Source: Bigelowiella natans CCMP2755
Lineage: Eukaryota; Protista; Cercozoa
NCBI GenBank assembly: GCA_000320545.1
Contig: ADNK01002731.1
Location: 1-64,000 of the forward strand
Direction of reading: 5' to 3'
DNA: 64,000 nt
How positions within the stretch are numbered: the stretch's first letter is position 1; each line of letters opens with the position of its first letter. Of this stretch, positions 26,497-41,608 are shown piece after piece. A program made the translations under genes and the position numbers. The notes beneath the pieces were generated by a model. It made no database searches. It saw nothing but the letters and a program-made list of their open reading frames with translations, and was not told where the DNA came from.

Positions 26497-27420
26497 ATGC
26501 GGAGCTCTACATATATCACAAAGGGGGGGGGGTAGGGGTAAGCAAGCAGCGATACATTCAATCTCGTTGTAATCATCATTATCATCCTTATCATTACTCC
26601 GCATGAGCTCCATGATGCAGTAATTAGGCGTGCAAACTACTGCTACTCACTGCTATTTCCACTGCTGCTACACAATATTTACTACCAATAATCCATTTTC
26701 CGGGCTCGAGACGAAGCTGAAGCCGTACAGCCTTATCACCTATCAGTGATAGTAGCAGTAGTAGTAGTAGTAGTAGAAGTAGTAGCAGTAGTAGTATTAG
26801 AAACTAACAATGAGAATGAGGATAGAGATAAAGGTGACGATAATACAGTAGCAATAATTCACAATCGTGATTGTCAAAAGCAGAACTAATTTCATCATAG
26901 CGCATATATCCCTAACAATTACCATGAATTTGACGTTCTTGTTCAAAGTGTCGTTGTAGCTCCGCACACACTTTTCTGGGGGAAAGAGAGAGGGGGGAGA
27001 GAAAAGGAAATGTTAGGAAATGTTACCACTGCTACTACTACTACTGCTCCTATTACTATTTATTAGCAGTAATAATACCTTCCAATGTCTTTGATGGGTG
27101 TACGCTTATCGCTTGATCTGAAGATATTAGAATATGATCAAGCGCTGCTTGTAATACTTAGCAGCATATTAACCCTGATAACCTCATGAAAGCTAAGAGG
27201 TTTCCATATACCTGAATGGGACTTTGAAACCGCCGCCAAAGTCAACGAAAGAAAGCTGTGGAAAGTACTCTCTCCTTTAAAGAGAATAACAACAAATTTA
27301 TGTAAGAGAAGAAGCTGCTGATCTTACTACCAAAAACTACTACTAAGACCCTGATCATGCGACGGCCGTATTGCATTTATAGAGCAGAGAATGGATTCGA
27401 AGACACGAGAGAAAGAGAGA

Positions 27421-27464
<44 letters not shown>

Positions 27465-27777
27465 TCTACAACTGAAGGTGTTTTCATATCCAACAGGGAT
27501 CTGCGTTGGTGCGTGGTTTACACTCTCTAATTCTCTAATGATATCTCCTTCTTCTTCTTCTTCGTCTTCTCCATCATTATCATCATCATCATCTTCTTCT
27601 TCTTCTTCATCTTCATCTTCGTAACTTGGCTACTGTTAGAAGCTGTTTAACCGACGTGATAATCGCATCAGCAGACCCTATGGATGATAGCAATAACATC
27701 AACAAAAATTAAATAATAGTAATTATGGTGGTGAAAAAGCTAGGTGATGATAATGTAAATAATGAAGGTGCTTGTTG

Positions 27778-27811
<34 letters not shown>

Positions 27812-27992
27812 CACGACTACTACCACCACCACCATCACCACGAATTACCGATTCCAGATCCTGTATGTTCATGGACGCCAACAACCTACGCACAAGTGTT
27901 AAATGCTTTATTTATTCTAGTTTATTGTTAATGTCATCATCACCACCATGATCATTATCACCATTATCATCATACCGTCAGCTAGGACGTAT

Positions 27993-28025
<33 letters not shown>

Positions 28026-28384
28026 CCTCAGACGATGTTTGCCTACGATATCCAGCACTTTCTTAATGTCTTCAAGCAATATTCCAAACTTTGTTTTTGA
28101 GCTGTTGTATGTTCGCATGTTATCATTATGCTGCTTATTATTCTTCTTATTATTATTATCATCATTAATATTCATATCAGATCGTGTCATCTTCATGATA
28201 AAAAGCAGCAGTATCTATCTGTTGTTCAGCATCATCGCTCCATCGAGTCTCTGTACCCCCCAGTCCGCACTTTTTCGTTTTCTCCTGCTACCTATACAAC
28301 GACGACGAATTAGATCAAACACACTAGTGCTTTCTTTCGCATGAATGGCTAACCGTGCATTGTAAAACGTGTGTATGTGCGCAC

Positions 28385-28423
<39 letters not shown>

Positions 28424-29649
28424 GCACACTTACTCGAAGCACACCACTAAGTGAGTGAATTAGTATGTTGTGGGGAGAGTAGCGGAAGATAAGAGCAAGT
28501 TAGATCACAGGCAACTCTACGAACCACGTTTGGATTGAAGCGAAGGCAAACACTCTCTCCCGGATATTTCTCGCCAAACTTTTCGAGGCGAGATAAGCTG
28601 CCGATGTTGAATAGAACACCTAGATGTTATTCGTGATATAAGGTACATGCGTGTTGTTTGCGATGAGTACATATATGTTGTGCGAGCGTTTGCGTATGTG
28701 TAGTTGATATGATTTTTTTCTAAGCTGACATGTTTCCGCACCATAATGAATTAAATGGCACTACTACGGAAGGTAAACATGATAGATTTGTTGATATGGC
28801 AGATTTTGCATGCCTTGATCATGAACGATTTCCATCTCTCGATCGGTGATATTGTTTGAAGTGTACAGAAGCCGGGAGGAATCAAAGCCCGCCTTCATAG
28901 CCAGAATAACTTCTCCTACGATTAGAAGAAGAATGGTAATTCATTTGGTGGAATATGGGAGAGCTGCGATGCTAAGAATTCACGTGATAGTAAACTACAT
29001 GTTAAATTGCGGGTGAATACAATGAAATGTTTGCATGTTTTATCGAATATATGCCTCATCCGTTTGCTTTTCTTTGTAACTCTCCCCAAAAACTATCCGA
29101 ACTTGTTTAATATTGTGCAATCTTGCCGTTCGAAAATGCAATTCGCTGGCAGAGAAACGATAACTTTTCTAAGAAGAAGTTCTACCAGGGCTCACACAAT
29201 CAATACACATTTCAGGTATAGCAGCCTTGCTGTCATCTTGCCCTGCTAGATCCTTGTGCAGCGTCTGCATCAGCTGAAGAATGCTAAAATTGCTGTTCGC
29301 CTTCATTGCGTAATGGATTCTTAAACCTACGTGTGATTATGAGTATCACGTTAGCTCTATTCCGTCCTTGTTTTTCCTTGCCATCCCCTCTATTCAACCC
29401 TTCCACTGCTCTTCCTCTCTTAATTGTTTGTGTTATTGACACCTGCGGGATTCGGAAATGCTTCTACGAGCTCTCTATATCTGAGGTATTTATCGATACG
29501 TGTCAAATAGGTGCAGTGCTAAATACGCAGCAGCACCTTTTGATGATAATATCAAAGTCGTAGACGTAAAGAGGAGTCCCATACGTCCTCGCAGCATCTA
29601 AGAGAGCTGCTGATGACGGCGATGTCAAGGAGTCAGAGGAGGACGACAT
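24056..29649 (-). CDS. lysA: Diaminopimelate decarboxylase (fold-type III PLP enzyme), about 20 exons, C-terminal CSVM
   Basis: YGTPLYVYD, IHYAMKAN (PLP lysine), DCVSPGEV, LRFNP, KTKFGI, GVHEHTGSG, FVDFGGGF, LEPGKWII, GFNHLIRPTLYNAYH, GNICETGD, TAGAYGMTMGSIYNLRPLPAE. Confidence 0.88.
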
Positions 29650-30064
29650 TATAGAGACGTCGTTTAGGCCCTTGAGTTTCTGATGCTGCCTCCTTCTTGT
29701 CGTAGCGTGTGCTGCTACTTGCTGCAACCCAACCAAAAATGTTCCACCATATCCCTTTCAGTTGACGTGAAATACAATCAGATGTGACTAAGTAGTCCGA
29801 CCTACCTGCTGCGAGAGTAGGAGGGGGTTAAGGCTTCTTCTCAAGAGACTGCACAGAAACGTGTCGATTTAGTTCTGCTAGAAGGGAGGCGGGAATCAGT
29901 GTTAAGAGTTTTTATCGCAAATTCCCTTGGTAATTGTGTGGTATTGTAGGGTGTTTTTAAGGTGCGACAACTATTAATTCTCATCCCGAAAAATAATAAA
30001 AAACAGCTCTAAAATGCCTCAACACCCACACCAACAAATTTCAAGGGCAATAAGCACAGCCAAC

Positions 30065-31231
30065 ATGCCTCGCCTGAAGGACCTCTTCATGGTCTTGATA
30101 TGTTCCACCATTATCATCATAATCGTCATCATCATCATCATCATCATCATTGGATTATTGCTAGCACTGCCTTTGTTCTTCAAAAGAAGAGGAGGCTGGC
30201 AGTGAACGTTTTGAGTGTGTCAATGATACGTTTGACTCCTTATGATCAGGAATTCTGCAGATTCGGAGACAAGAACAATAAGGGTTCGATGAACGGACGT
30301 CAATTTAGGAAGTTTTGTGCTGATAATGGAATGATCGGTAACGAGGAGGAAAGAACGGATTGTGACATTTTCTTCACCAAGGTAGTATCGATGTCACTTC
30401 TTCGCCATTAAAAGTAAACAAAAAGATCACGACAGTGTCCTTATTAAGGCGGTTGGAAAGGGCAAAAGGACGATGACATTTCCTACCTTTCGTGAGGCGT
30501 GCAGAAAACTCGCTCAAGGGATTTATACTGGGACAAGTGTGGAAAATCCCCTTGCTGAATTCGTCTCCCATGTAATGATAAGCACAATCAATCACTTTTG
30601 TTTTTTGAGATATCATCTAAAAATGAACATGTGGCGCGCATTCCAGCTTCGAAGTCCTATTGCAAACGGAACAATAGCAGATCCTGTGAAGTTCCATGAT
30701 GATAAATCCCTCTACACGGGCGTGCATAAAAAGGGAGGGCCTACAACAAACGACAAAGCTATCACATTAAGGACTTTGCTGGGTAGATTATCTATTGCTG
30801 CTGCGTATAGACAATATCATTCTTCCTCCATTCAGAATAAATTCAACGCTATATTAGACCGTTCCGAAGCAAATGCCCGCGGGGTAAAGTTATCGGATCT
30901 CAAAAGGAACGATGTCTCATCATCAGCATTCAAGCTCGCGGCATCGGAAAGGAAAACCACGGGAGGACGAGGACATCATAATACACGAAGTCCATTCAAG
31001 TCAGCTTCAAAGCTTTCTTCCCCTGGATCGAAAGCAGCTTCCTCATCGAAAAGAAGCAGCATTAAATCCATCAAGAGGGACCGGGTGCAACAACAGCATG
31101 ATCCCAAGATTGAGGAGTTACTACAGACAGTAGCATCATTGGAAAAACAGCTCAAGGCTGCTATTTTGAGAGCTGAATCTGCAGAAGCACGAGCAAAAGT
31201 GGCAGAGGCGGGAATCAAGGATTCCAAATAA
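30065..31231 (+). CDS. TPPP: Tubulin polymerization-promoting protein (p25-alpha domain) with basic and coiled-coil C-terminal extension
   Basis: FCRFGDK...MNGRQFRKFCADNG...TDCDIFFTK, KFHDDKSLYTGVHKKGGPT, LRTLLDRSEANARGV. Five exons. An in-frame alternative ATG lies at 30014. Confidence 0.85.
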
Positions 31232-31282
31232 AAAACAAGTAACAAAAGGTGTGAACGTATGCTTCAATCTTCATTCACCAAG

Positions 31283-31316
<34 letters not shown>

Positions 31317-32302
31317 CAAAAGTTAAATTCATGGGTGGTGAAAAGTTGCATGCGGAAGCATCCCCCCCCCCTCGACGGAACGTTGACGTTGACCTTCATA
31401 CATCTATTCAGGAATGCGTGTGTACCGTTAGGTGGCAAAAATCCGTAATATATGGATTTATGCAGTACATTTATGGATTTATGCAGTACATTTATGTATA
31501 ATAATGAGCCAACGTGTGGCCCCTTATCATGTAGTGGGTTGTGTGTGTACATAATACATTAGCTCTATTTTTCACAACAATTATAGAACTACATATGTGC
31601 GAAACGTTTAGATTTGATTATTTGTGCAAGCACATGTTGTCTCCTGGCATCACATTGTTGGATCTATGTGTATTCCTATGTATATTAGCTCACAATATCA
31701 TTTGTGGAATAATAAACTGTTTTGATCCACACACAAAGCATGAAGCATGCAGCGGAGCTCGCCTGCATACAACCCACTTATTCGGCTATGATTACACATC
31801 ACACCGTATAACATCACTGGGCAGCAATGCTATATTTCAGACGACACAATAACGAAGGCACATAAGCAATTGGAATTCCGTGCGAGCAGAGCAGTGCATT
31901 TACGCTTGCCTATTTGTGTCTGCAGAGCACGTGGTACGTGCAGCGGTTTCATACAAGCTAGCAAGGTGTTGTAATATGCAGCAACTGCAATATACATGCA
32001 GCTGCTGATGTTTAGGCATACAACGTGGTGAAGGGCGGCATCATGCAGCTGTGCAGAGTAAGGAAAAAGGCGCGTTGTGGCGTATCCTACCGCTCCCTGA
32101 ACTATTATTACGTACGCACACATAGAAGGCCCACACGCATAAGTTCTAGAGCGCTGGCAGCCATGTCATTATATGCGCGACGAAATGCAGCACACTGCAT
32201 GCATGTAATCCAACACTGTTCGATATGTCTATTCAAATGCATACTGTTTAATTTTGTGTGATTGGGGATGTGCATAAAGGGTTACATACTCGTCATCGCA
32301 TA

Positions 32303-32888
32303 TCAAGCAGTGATGGATCTCGCGAAACGGATAGCATCGAAGATCTCTTTGTTCCCACCTAATTTCTCCGTTCTGCAAACCTTAAAGATCTCCATTTGAT
32401 TCTTCCCTTCCTTTAACATGGCCTGCACTTTTGTCAGCAATGCAGTAGGGCCTTTAAACTCCTGCTTGTTAGTCAAGATTGTCTTTGGCTTTTCCTCAGC
32501 TTTCTTTTCCTCACCTTCATCAGTAGTAGTTTTGCGCGGCTTTGTGGCGACTTCCTCACGAGTGATTCCTATGAACCAAAACAGGTTGTTGACCCTGTCC
32601 GCATCGTATAGGCCTTTATCCGCATCAAATATGTATTCCAACGACGTCTTCTCAGGAATAGACCCGCGCTTACTTTGCCTGTACTGCTGGAAAATCACTT
32701 CCAGTGATTCTCGAAATCCAAGCATGTACGGATTATCGGTGTTCTCTTGCATAAGAACGCTCACTGCCTTGCTGCAGAAGAAATCACGAGTGAAGAAATG
32801 AGCAAAGCGTTGTAAGTAGAGTGCCCATGTCGTCCTCCAAAGTTTCCACGTGGCGTTAGGGTTTGCAAGCTGTGAGTAGTAGTAGTAG

Positions 32889-32923
<35 letters not shown>

Positions 32924-33585
32924 GTATAAGTGACAGTCGTAGCATCAGCAATGCTACTACAAGGTGAAAAGAGGTGGGAGAAGTTGTTTGGGGAGATGTT
33001 GAATCATTCCAACCGAGATGATGGTCAGATTGAAGTTGCTGTTATCGTTTGTGTTCTCTTGCCAGAAAATGGCAAAAAATGGCAGAAACAATTGTTCACA
33101 AGAAGCAGCAGCGAGAAGGAGGAGGAGGCACCACCGCTGACATCTATTTCTTCCTTGGTATATATGTATATATCATCACTGTTCTTCCTTCATCCCCTAA
33201 CACTACCAATCTCTCAGAATTCACGCTAATATACCCTGTTGGCAAAGACTCGGGGACTTCCACATATAGCGTTGTTAACGAACTTCCAATGATTAGTGCG
33301 ACCCATGGAGGGGCTGGTTATTGATGCTACTTTCTTGATCTTCTGAAAGCTTCTACCAAAATTCTCTGATTTTTTGAATTCGTTCCACATGGAAAACCCA
33401 CCGGATGCATGCCAGAATGTGGAAAAACCGCCTAGACACCAGTCGTTGAGGTATGGAATTATCGGCACTTGCATCCCTACAAGTAATATATTGTGAGTGG
33501 GAGGAGGAGGAGGAGGAGGAGGAGGAGGAGGAGGAGGGAAAAACGAGGCAGATGATAAGGGAAGAGAACGGAAGAGAATATTAAA

Positions 33586-33619
<34 letters not shown>

Positions 33620-33755
33620 GTGGTGATGATAGACGAAAATGTCACACTTTTTGTGTTATAAAATTTTGAACTGTCATTCACTCATCTGCATTGCTAAAGG
33701 GTTTCTTCTTCTTCTTCTTTACTAATTCTTCTCTACTCTCGCGCCAAGGCACACA

Positions 33756-33796
<41 letters not shown>

Positions 33797-33947
33797 TGCG
33801 CGCTTGCTTCAGCAGATGCTTATTCAAGCCCTTTTCTGTGGAATAATGTATATATTGTTAGCACACACCTATGCAAGACATGATCCCTGCCAGATGCCAA
33901 TTTTTAGCGTGGACTTCGTATTGTGCGATCTACCACACAGAAGCATA

Positions 33948-33985
<38 letters not shown>

Positions 33986-34268
33986 GTATGTTCCCCTTCT
34001 TCCTCTCCTCCTCCCCCCCCCACCCCCCTCTTATTTTCTGGCATACTTGCGTTTTGGGTCCGATTGCGTTCCAATACGCCTTGTTCGGCTCTTGAAAGGC
34101 AGATCTAAACGCATTTAGCTTGTGGGAGTCAATGTACTCCGCCATAATCTCGTACAGCTTGATCTTGGCTTCATCGAATGTGAAAGCGGTTTCATTTGTA
34201 CCGATAATGCTACTACTTTTCGAGTCGGCTATTAACAAATCCAACAGATTACACACACACACACACAC

Positions 34269-34315
<47 letters not shown>

Positions 34316-35048
34316 AATGCTTGTGTGTGCATCCCATTCACTCTGGGTACAATAATGCAAATAGCTAAAACAAATTGACGAAGAATCGTTGCAAGGACGT
34401 ACTGCTGCAGTGCGAATAATTTCCAACTCAAAATCATCAAAGATACTACCACCACCACCACTACTACTACTCAAACCAAGAGAGGAGCAATAACACTATA
34501 TATATGAACATCATGACGATAAATCATACCTTTCTAACACTATATATATGAACATCATGACGATAAATCATACCTTTCTGTTTCTCAGTCTTTTGATTAC
34601 CATCTGCAGAATCAGCGGTTTTCTGACGGCATCATCATCATCATCATCATCATCATCGTCATCGTCGTCACTATCGTCATCACCATCATCTCTCTGCGAC
34701 GAATGCCCAACATTTCTCAGCTCATTCGTCAAAAAACAGCCTTGACTCGCCGTCTACGATCAATACCTTAGGTTTTGGAGTGTCGTCGCTCTTGTCCTTC
34801 TTCTCCTTCGTTTTCTCATCTTCCTTCTTCTCTTTCTTGCATAGTCGAAAGGCGTGCCGTAATGCCTATATTTTGCAGGAATAACATTCTTCTGGTTGGC
34901 AAACGCATCTTCTGTTTTTCTCTTTCTTTATTTGATAGACAATATTATTTTCTGTTTTTCTGTTTCTTTATTTAATAGTGGTTACAATCTTATTTTCATC
35001 TCACTGAAACCATCCTCATTCCCTCTGCGCTGCTAACCATTGCTTCAA

Positions 35049-35126
<78 letters not shown>

Positions 35127-35295
35127 TGTGTGTATTACTCCCTACACACTACTATTACTACCATTACTACTACTACTACTACAATGCCTAACCATATCAA
35201 ATGCCAGGCGTTTAGCGCTCTCGCACCGGAAAGCTCTATCCACCAACTCCCCTGCGATGTGTTTTGTATCATTCGACACTCTTCTTCTTTTTCTC

Positions 35296-35333
<38 letters not shown>

Positions 35334-36010
35334 GCTACTTTGTTCTACTACTACCACTACTACTACCACTACTACCACTACTACCACTACTACCTAATCT
35401 AGCAACCAGAGAGTCAGGACTGCCCTTCTCCAACCAGAATAACAATGCGTAGTGGAAGTACGGTTTGCGCCAATTCAGCCATGAGAACAGGCTCAAAAGG
35501 TGGGAGGATATCACTTTGTTAGTTGCAAAGTCTTTCTGTCGCAGCGCAAGGCCTTTTTTTGTAATATTTTCCGCATTTTCTCAGGGTGGGTGGTATAGTG
35601 AAGAGGTGGTGATATATGATATTTAAACTGTGGTGTTGGCAGTAATTGCAGCGGTGAATAATATAATTGCAATACTTCTGATCGGCGAGGAAGAATATCC
35701 AAATACAAAAAAACGCACCCCTGCTCCTTAAATGAATACTTCCAAGCATCACCAGTCATCATCATCATCATCATGATCATCGTCATCAATGAGAAAGGGA
35801 GGAGAGTAACCGTCTTTATTGAGTCTGTATGCTTTTTTGATAAGGCTGATAATCGTAGCTGTGAAGTTCTGCCTATCGCTCAGGGCCAATCTGCGGATAT
35901 GATGCATTGTTTATGCATTGTGTTTAAGTAAATGGCTACAGTGTGTGTGGGTGAAGATTATGATGGTAAATATAAAGATGATGATGATGAGGACGCCCTT
36001 CTTAGAGCTC

Positions 36011-36057
<47 letters not shown>

Positions 36058-36772
36058 TGTTCTTCTTTTGAATTCGACTCCCCCTCCTTCTTCTCCTCCT
36101 TCTGCTCACCGAGCTTTAGTATCATCGGCGAAGTCCTCTCCGATGAATTGAAGGATTGCAACTGTCTTGGTAAATCTAATACAATATAACGATGATGATG
36201 ACTATTACGCTAATCATTGATTATACAGCAACTATTACATCATCATCAACAACAACAACAACAATAATAATAATAATAATAATAACACTAACATTAGTAC
36301 CCAATCCACTTTTGCTGCAGGCAAATCATATCGTATGCGGTTTTGTACTCCTTGCACACCCCACCGAGAGAGTCTCTAGGTATCTGCGTTGTTGTTGTTG
36401 TTGTTGTGGTGGGTCACGATTCAATGCTTGTGGTGAGTAGTAGCAGCGCCGATGAAAGCTATATCCCTGCTCTAAGATACACCATGTCCTCAACATTGCT
36501 ATTTTCTTCCTACTACTACTACTACTACTACTACAACAACAAAACAAACAACAACGGCAATAACTACCTCTGTCCAATGTGCCCGCACCGCTACAGATTT
36601 CAGTCGGTTCACATTCGGAATGTACGCTTTCTTTTCTTTTTTCTGTCGTTATTATCATTGTTATTATCACATATATCAAAGTGATAGTAGTTGTAGCAGG
36701 GAGACGGAGAAGAGGAAGAGGAGGAGAAGGAGGATTGTTATTCGAGTTGTTGTGAAAACGATGCTGCTTAGA

Positions 36773-36816
<44 letters not shown>

Positions 36817-36993
36817 AGAGAGATCCATACTACATTCTTATTGTCGCCCTGCCGTAGATTGAATGCTGGAGGATTTAATCCTCCGGGCTCTCCTCCTCCT
36901 CCTCCTCCTCCTTGCGTATCATCATTACCGACACCTGAACGTTGATGAGTTAGTAGCCGTCAGAATGGGGAGGAGCGAGGGGAGGAAGAGAGA

Positions 36994-37050
<57 letters not shown>

Positions 37051-37083
37051 TTGATAATTGAGGACGTGACAAACATATATATT

Positions 37084-37118
<35 letters not shown>

Positions 37119-37943
37119 TTAAATGATGCTGGATATACAATTGTATGTTACCCAATGACAACATCATCATCTATACTCGATGATGTTATCCATCCGCTGC
37201 GGGTATTATTTTTAACAAAGTGATGATGATGATGAGTGTTTACCAACAGCATCTTCTTCACCCCTCACAGCATCTAGTATGGCTTCAGCACCTGCATAAA
37301 ACAATTTTACCATATTTTCATCATTGGATCGGTCTCGGTTATATCATCCCCCAACCCAATAACAAGCACCAGCTCTCCTCTCCACCACCACCCCCACCCC
37401 ACATCATCACCATCATCATCAACAACAATATCACCACCCATCTTCATTATGTCCGCAATCATGAATGACCACATGATACATGGTTTCCTCAAAGAATTTT
37501 GGCACTATTCGTCGCACTATTCGTCGTCATCAAGTGTAAAATCATCATCATCATCGTTGTTATTAGGATTACCTTCCTTATTGCTTCGATCGTACACCAT
37601 TGTTTTGAGAATAATCATCTTATCCGCATACTCATTGGTCTTTTGCATGCGTGCGGCAATCAGCTTTTGCTTCTCTTCTTCCGATGTAGCGCGGAACGTT
37701 AAACTAATCACCAAACCCAAATTTTATGAATAAAAGAACGCAGCAGAACCACAGCCGGAAAATGAAGAGCTGATTTGGAAGTAATATGCCGACAGAATAT
37801 TTTTCACAAACGAACAAAACCACAAAATCCGCGACTGATTTCTCAACAATCTCGTGCTGCCGCTGCATGCAGTTTTGGTATAATTCTTTGAGTTGTTGTG
37901 TGCTGATATGTCTACTAGCCTCTGCTTTTGCTGACTACCATAC

Positions 37944-37977
<34 letters not shown>

Positions 37978-37983
37978 CTATTT

Positions 37984-38017
<34 letters not shown>

Positions 38018-40509
38018 CAGTTCATCATAGCTTTAACGACAGCATTTCCTGCATTAACGTCATCAGGCCAGATTTGTCTGTCTACCCTAGTCCCACAGGG
38101 AAACAATAGCGCTATTGGCGACCCACACTCTCCTCCGCCCTCCCCCTCCTCCTCCTCCTTGTTCTCTTTTGCCTTAGCCTTTCTTCCTCTTCGCTCATAG
38201 AAGCTTTGTGCTTGATCTAACGTGGCAAACCTGAACACCTCTACAGGAGGCCCATCATTCTTCCCTCCTTCTCTTCGAGGGGGGGGGCTGCAGATAACTG
38301 AGTAGGAGTTAGCAAGTGCGATTGAGCGCAGTAGCTTCACCTCCTTCGTCTGCTTCCCCTCTTTCTGTTTCTGCTCATTAGTAGTACAGTCTACTGATGC
38401 CTCAGCGTTTTTGGCCACTCCCTTCTCCCCCTTCTCCTTTTCATCATTGTCCTTCTTTTCCTCTTTCTCCTTCTTCTCCTCCTCCTTACTCTTCCTGTTT
38501 GCCTTTTCACCTTCTCCCTCTTTTTGCTCCTCCTTTCCCCCTTCCTGCTTCTCCGCAGAGGAGGGGAATTTCGTATACTTCGCAATAACATCCGCAGAGG
38601 AGGGATCGATGAGGATGCGCGTTTCAGCTTCACGCCAAGCCTTTATCTTTTGAGCGTCGCTTTCAGAATTGACGATATGCGTGACGACTGGGGCACTCTC
38701 CTTCGGGCCAGCATCACTGTCCTTCGCGACACGGTATCTGATATTGCGTGTACACACAGCAAGGGTATATTTGATAATGATGATGATGATTATCATCATT
38801 AAATCATCTTTACGGTTGCACCAAAGTCTCGTTCTAATTACTGTTCATTCAATTACGCGGCAATGTAGCGAAAAGCCTTGCGGAGCTTGTTACATGGGCG
38901 AGCTACCAAAACACCTAATACGAATGGTGAAGACAATGATGATGATGTCACTTTATGAGGAAGATGAGAAGGAGAAGGGTGAAAAGAAGACTTAGCGGCC
39001 ATTAATATTTTTCATGTGCCTCCCACCTCCTTCCACCCATCATCCTTCTCTTGTGCACAATTGTTGTTATTTTTTTCTCTTCTGAGAGTGCTAATAATAT
39101 AATACAACCTGCCCTGCATGCAGTCCATCTGTAGGATTGTTGACAGGTCAAACGAATAGCAAATGCACGCACTGGGGACTTGAAGAATATCATCTGAATA
39201 TCCTAATTTTGTTTGCAGGTGTTGTATCAATAATTGCGCTAGTTATATGTAGGGAACGTTGTTTTCTTTCTCTCCCCTTTGAATGAGCCATGCATTCTGC
39301 CGCTGTTCTTTGCCCATGATACACAGTATATCGTCTCATATCACACGCCAACCGATATTAGCAGCAATTCAAACTGCATGTTGATGATGACTGATGGGAT
39401 AATAGAATGTTGTGAAATGATTACTTGCTTGCTGACGTTTCCTCCGACAAGATTGTAAGAGGAGATAAAGCTCCAAGAGCCATATTTTGTCGTTTGATAT
39501 TCTGCTCTACACTTGAGCATCCACTGCGCGTTGTTACCGCGTGGCCGAATGGCAAAGCCTTTATTCACCACGGGTAGTATGGATAGAAGTGGTAGTTAGT
39601 AGTAGTAGTAGTAGTAGCAGTAGTAAAATCAGCATTGAGCGGTATTTAAAAGCAAACATGCAAAACTATCATCCTAAGAGGAAATGACATAATAATAGGC
39701 AAAGTATCAGCTTGAGCTGCTCTTTCTCTCTATCTCTCTCTCTCTCTCTCTCTCCCACCAGTAACGAGTAAAGGGGAGTTCTGCTTCAGGGGGTCTACCC
39801 AATACAGCAGCAATTTCACGTTCCTTGTTATGGATATGTGGAAAATTCAGATCATGGTTAATGATCAATCCACAGAAATCGTGAAGGGGTGTATGAGTAA
39901 GCAGAATAGAATAGGCTGGTCAACGCTGGAATGGGTGTATTGATGATAGGTGCAGACTAGATGGTAAAGAACAAATGCTATTTCTCGGGTAGGTTGCTAA
40001 CAGCAGCAATTGCCCTGCTAAACGCTATCATATGCGATGATTGTCACGAAGACGATCAACAGTTATCATCGACTATCATTATATCATAATGAGTCATCAC
40101 TACCCAGTCGTCTGGTAACGGGAAGCCCAACCCTGAAACAGCAATATTTAAGGGGGAGGAGGAGGAGGAGGAGCATACTTTTAGTAATTGACAGGAAACG
40201 GTCAGTCAGGAATGTAGTTGTAGCTGAAATATATAAGGAACCGCTTCCAGATGATGCAAAAGAGGACAACATCACAACATCAACAACACAACAACAACAA
40301 AAGCGTAAACGAATATCAACGTTAACAACCTGTTCTGAAAGAAGACTTCCATCCTGTGAATCCAGTCCCTTATTATTGTTGTTATTATTATTATTATTCA
40401 ACGCTGAAAGTTGTAGTAAATCATGGAAAAGTGATGGTAGTAGAAGTATTGGATACTGGTGACCAGGTTTATGTATGCAATTTCAAGAGTTTAGTAACTG
40501 TCCAAAGTA

Positions 40510-40545
<36 letters not shown>

Positions 40546-40600
40546 TAATACACACACGTATCTAGGCTGCGTGCTCGTGCATATTCGAAGCATTCCGGTG

Positions 40601-40634
<34 letters not shown>

Positions 40635-41608
40635 ATGTTCCAGATTCACGCACACGTCATCGAATGTCTGCAACCCAAATAAGTGATGCACCATCAAATC
40701 GATGTGAGTCTAGTTCTGTCTTATGCTTCGTTTACTCTCAGCACCTTCTTCACATTCTTCGGTAACACAGATGATCCCTACAACAGAGACGACAGAATTA
40801 GCTTCATGTGCTCACAGAAGCAAGCACCGCCTGCTCATGTTCATACTCTGTTTACAGATACTTGCTAACATCTCTACACGCAGTAGCTCGATAATCGTAT
40901 TATATAAGCGATTGTAGCAGGAACAAGTAATTCTATGCTATAAAAATCGGCAGCAGCCATTAGCGCCTTTGTCAGCATCACGTAGGGCAATATTGAAGGT
41001 ATTCAAGTATAAAGTAGTAGTTATTAGCGATTATTCGTAACCATCTGCTCTATATTATTCGCGCTCTTCTTCTCGTTGATTGATATGATACAACCTTGAT
41101 ATCTTGTTTCCGTAGATTTAGGAGTACAGAGCAGTATGCTTTGCAGTCCTGTTCCATTAGGTTATATATCACCGACATAATAAGCTTGAATATGGTCAAT
41201 AGACCAATTTCAATCCCGCTATCATCAGGTGCGTGCGTGCGCGCGCGCACGCGCGTGCGTGTGTGTGTGTGTGTTAAAGTTTCATTGGGCCTCTCAAAGC
41301 AAACCGTGTTTCTACCTTAGCATCGAGATAATTACTCGCCGCATTCGTTATAACCGTGCTAGTTGCTGAATTTTTGGCATCCGGCTTTTTTGCAGCTGCT
41401 CTAACCGCTGCGACGACAGCATGTACCGGCTTCTTGTTTTTTACAGCCAACTTGATTTGGACCTGATGACATGATCAGAGAGTTCCTCGGTCAGCCCTCG
41501 ACGATTTTGGTCGATGGACGAGGGAAATAAATCATAATACGGGTATTATTATTATTATTATTATTATATCTTTACTGGCACCGCTTCCTCAGATGCGCAG
41601 AGGCCCAT
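32303..41608 (-). CDS. Large multi-exon protein of unknown function with an N-terminal myristoylation/palmitoylation motif
   Basis: First exon MGLCASEEA (ATG 41608) splices in phase to VQIKLAVKNKK... There are many coding-like exons bounded by GT-AG (for example 38017-38740, 33226-33480, 32303-32772). No family recognised; it could be more than one gene. Confidence 0.55.
34491..34578. repeat. Perfect 44-bp tandem duplication
   Basis: TAACACTATATATATGAACATCATGACGATAAATCATACCTTTC occurs twice in tandem. Confidence 0.85.

Noticed and set aside
1279-29649. Alternative genetic code or stop-codon read-through
   Set aside because: The in-frame stops I met were removed by ordinary GT-AG introns (one GC-AG). 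TAA, TAG and TGA all serve as terminal stops.
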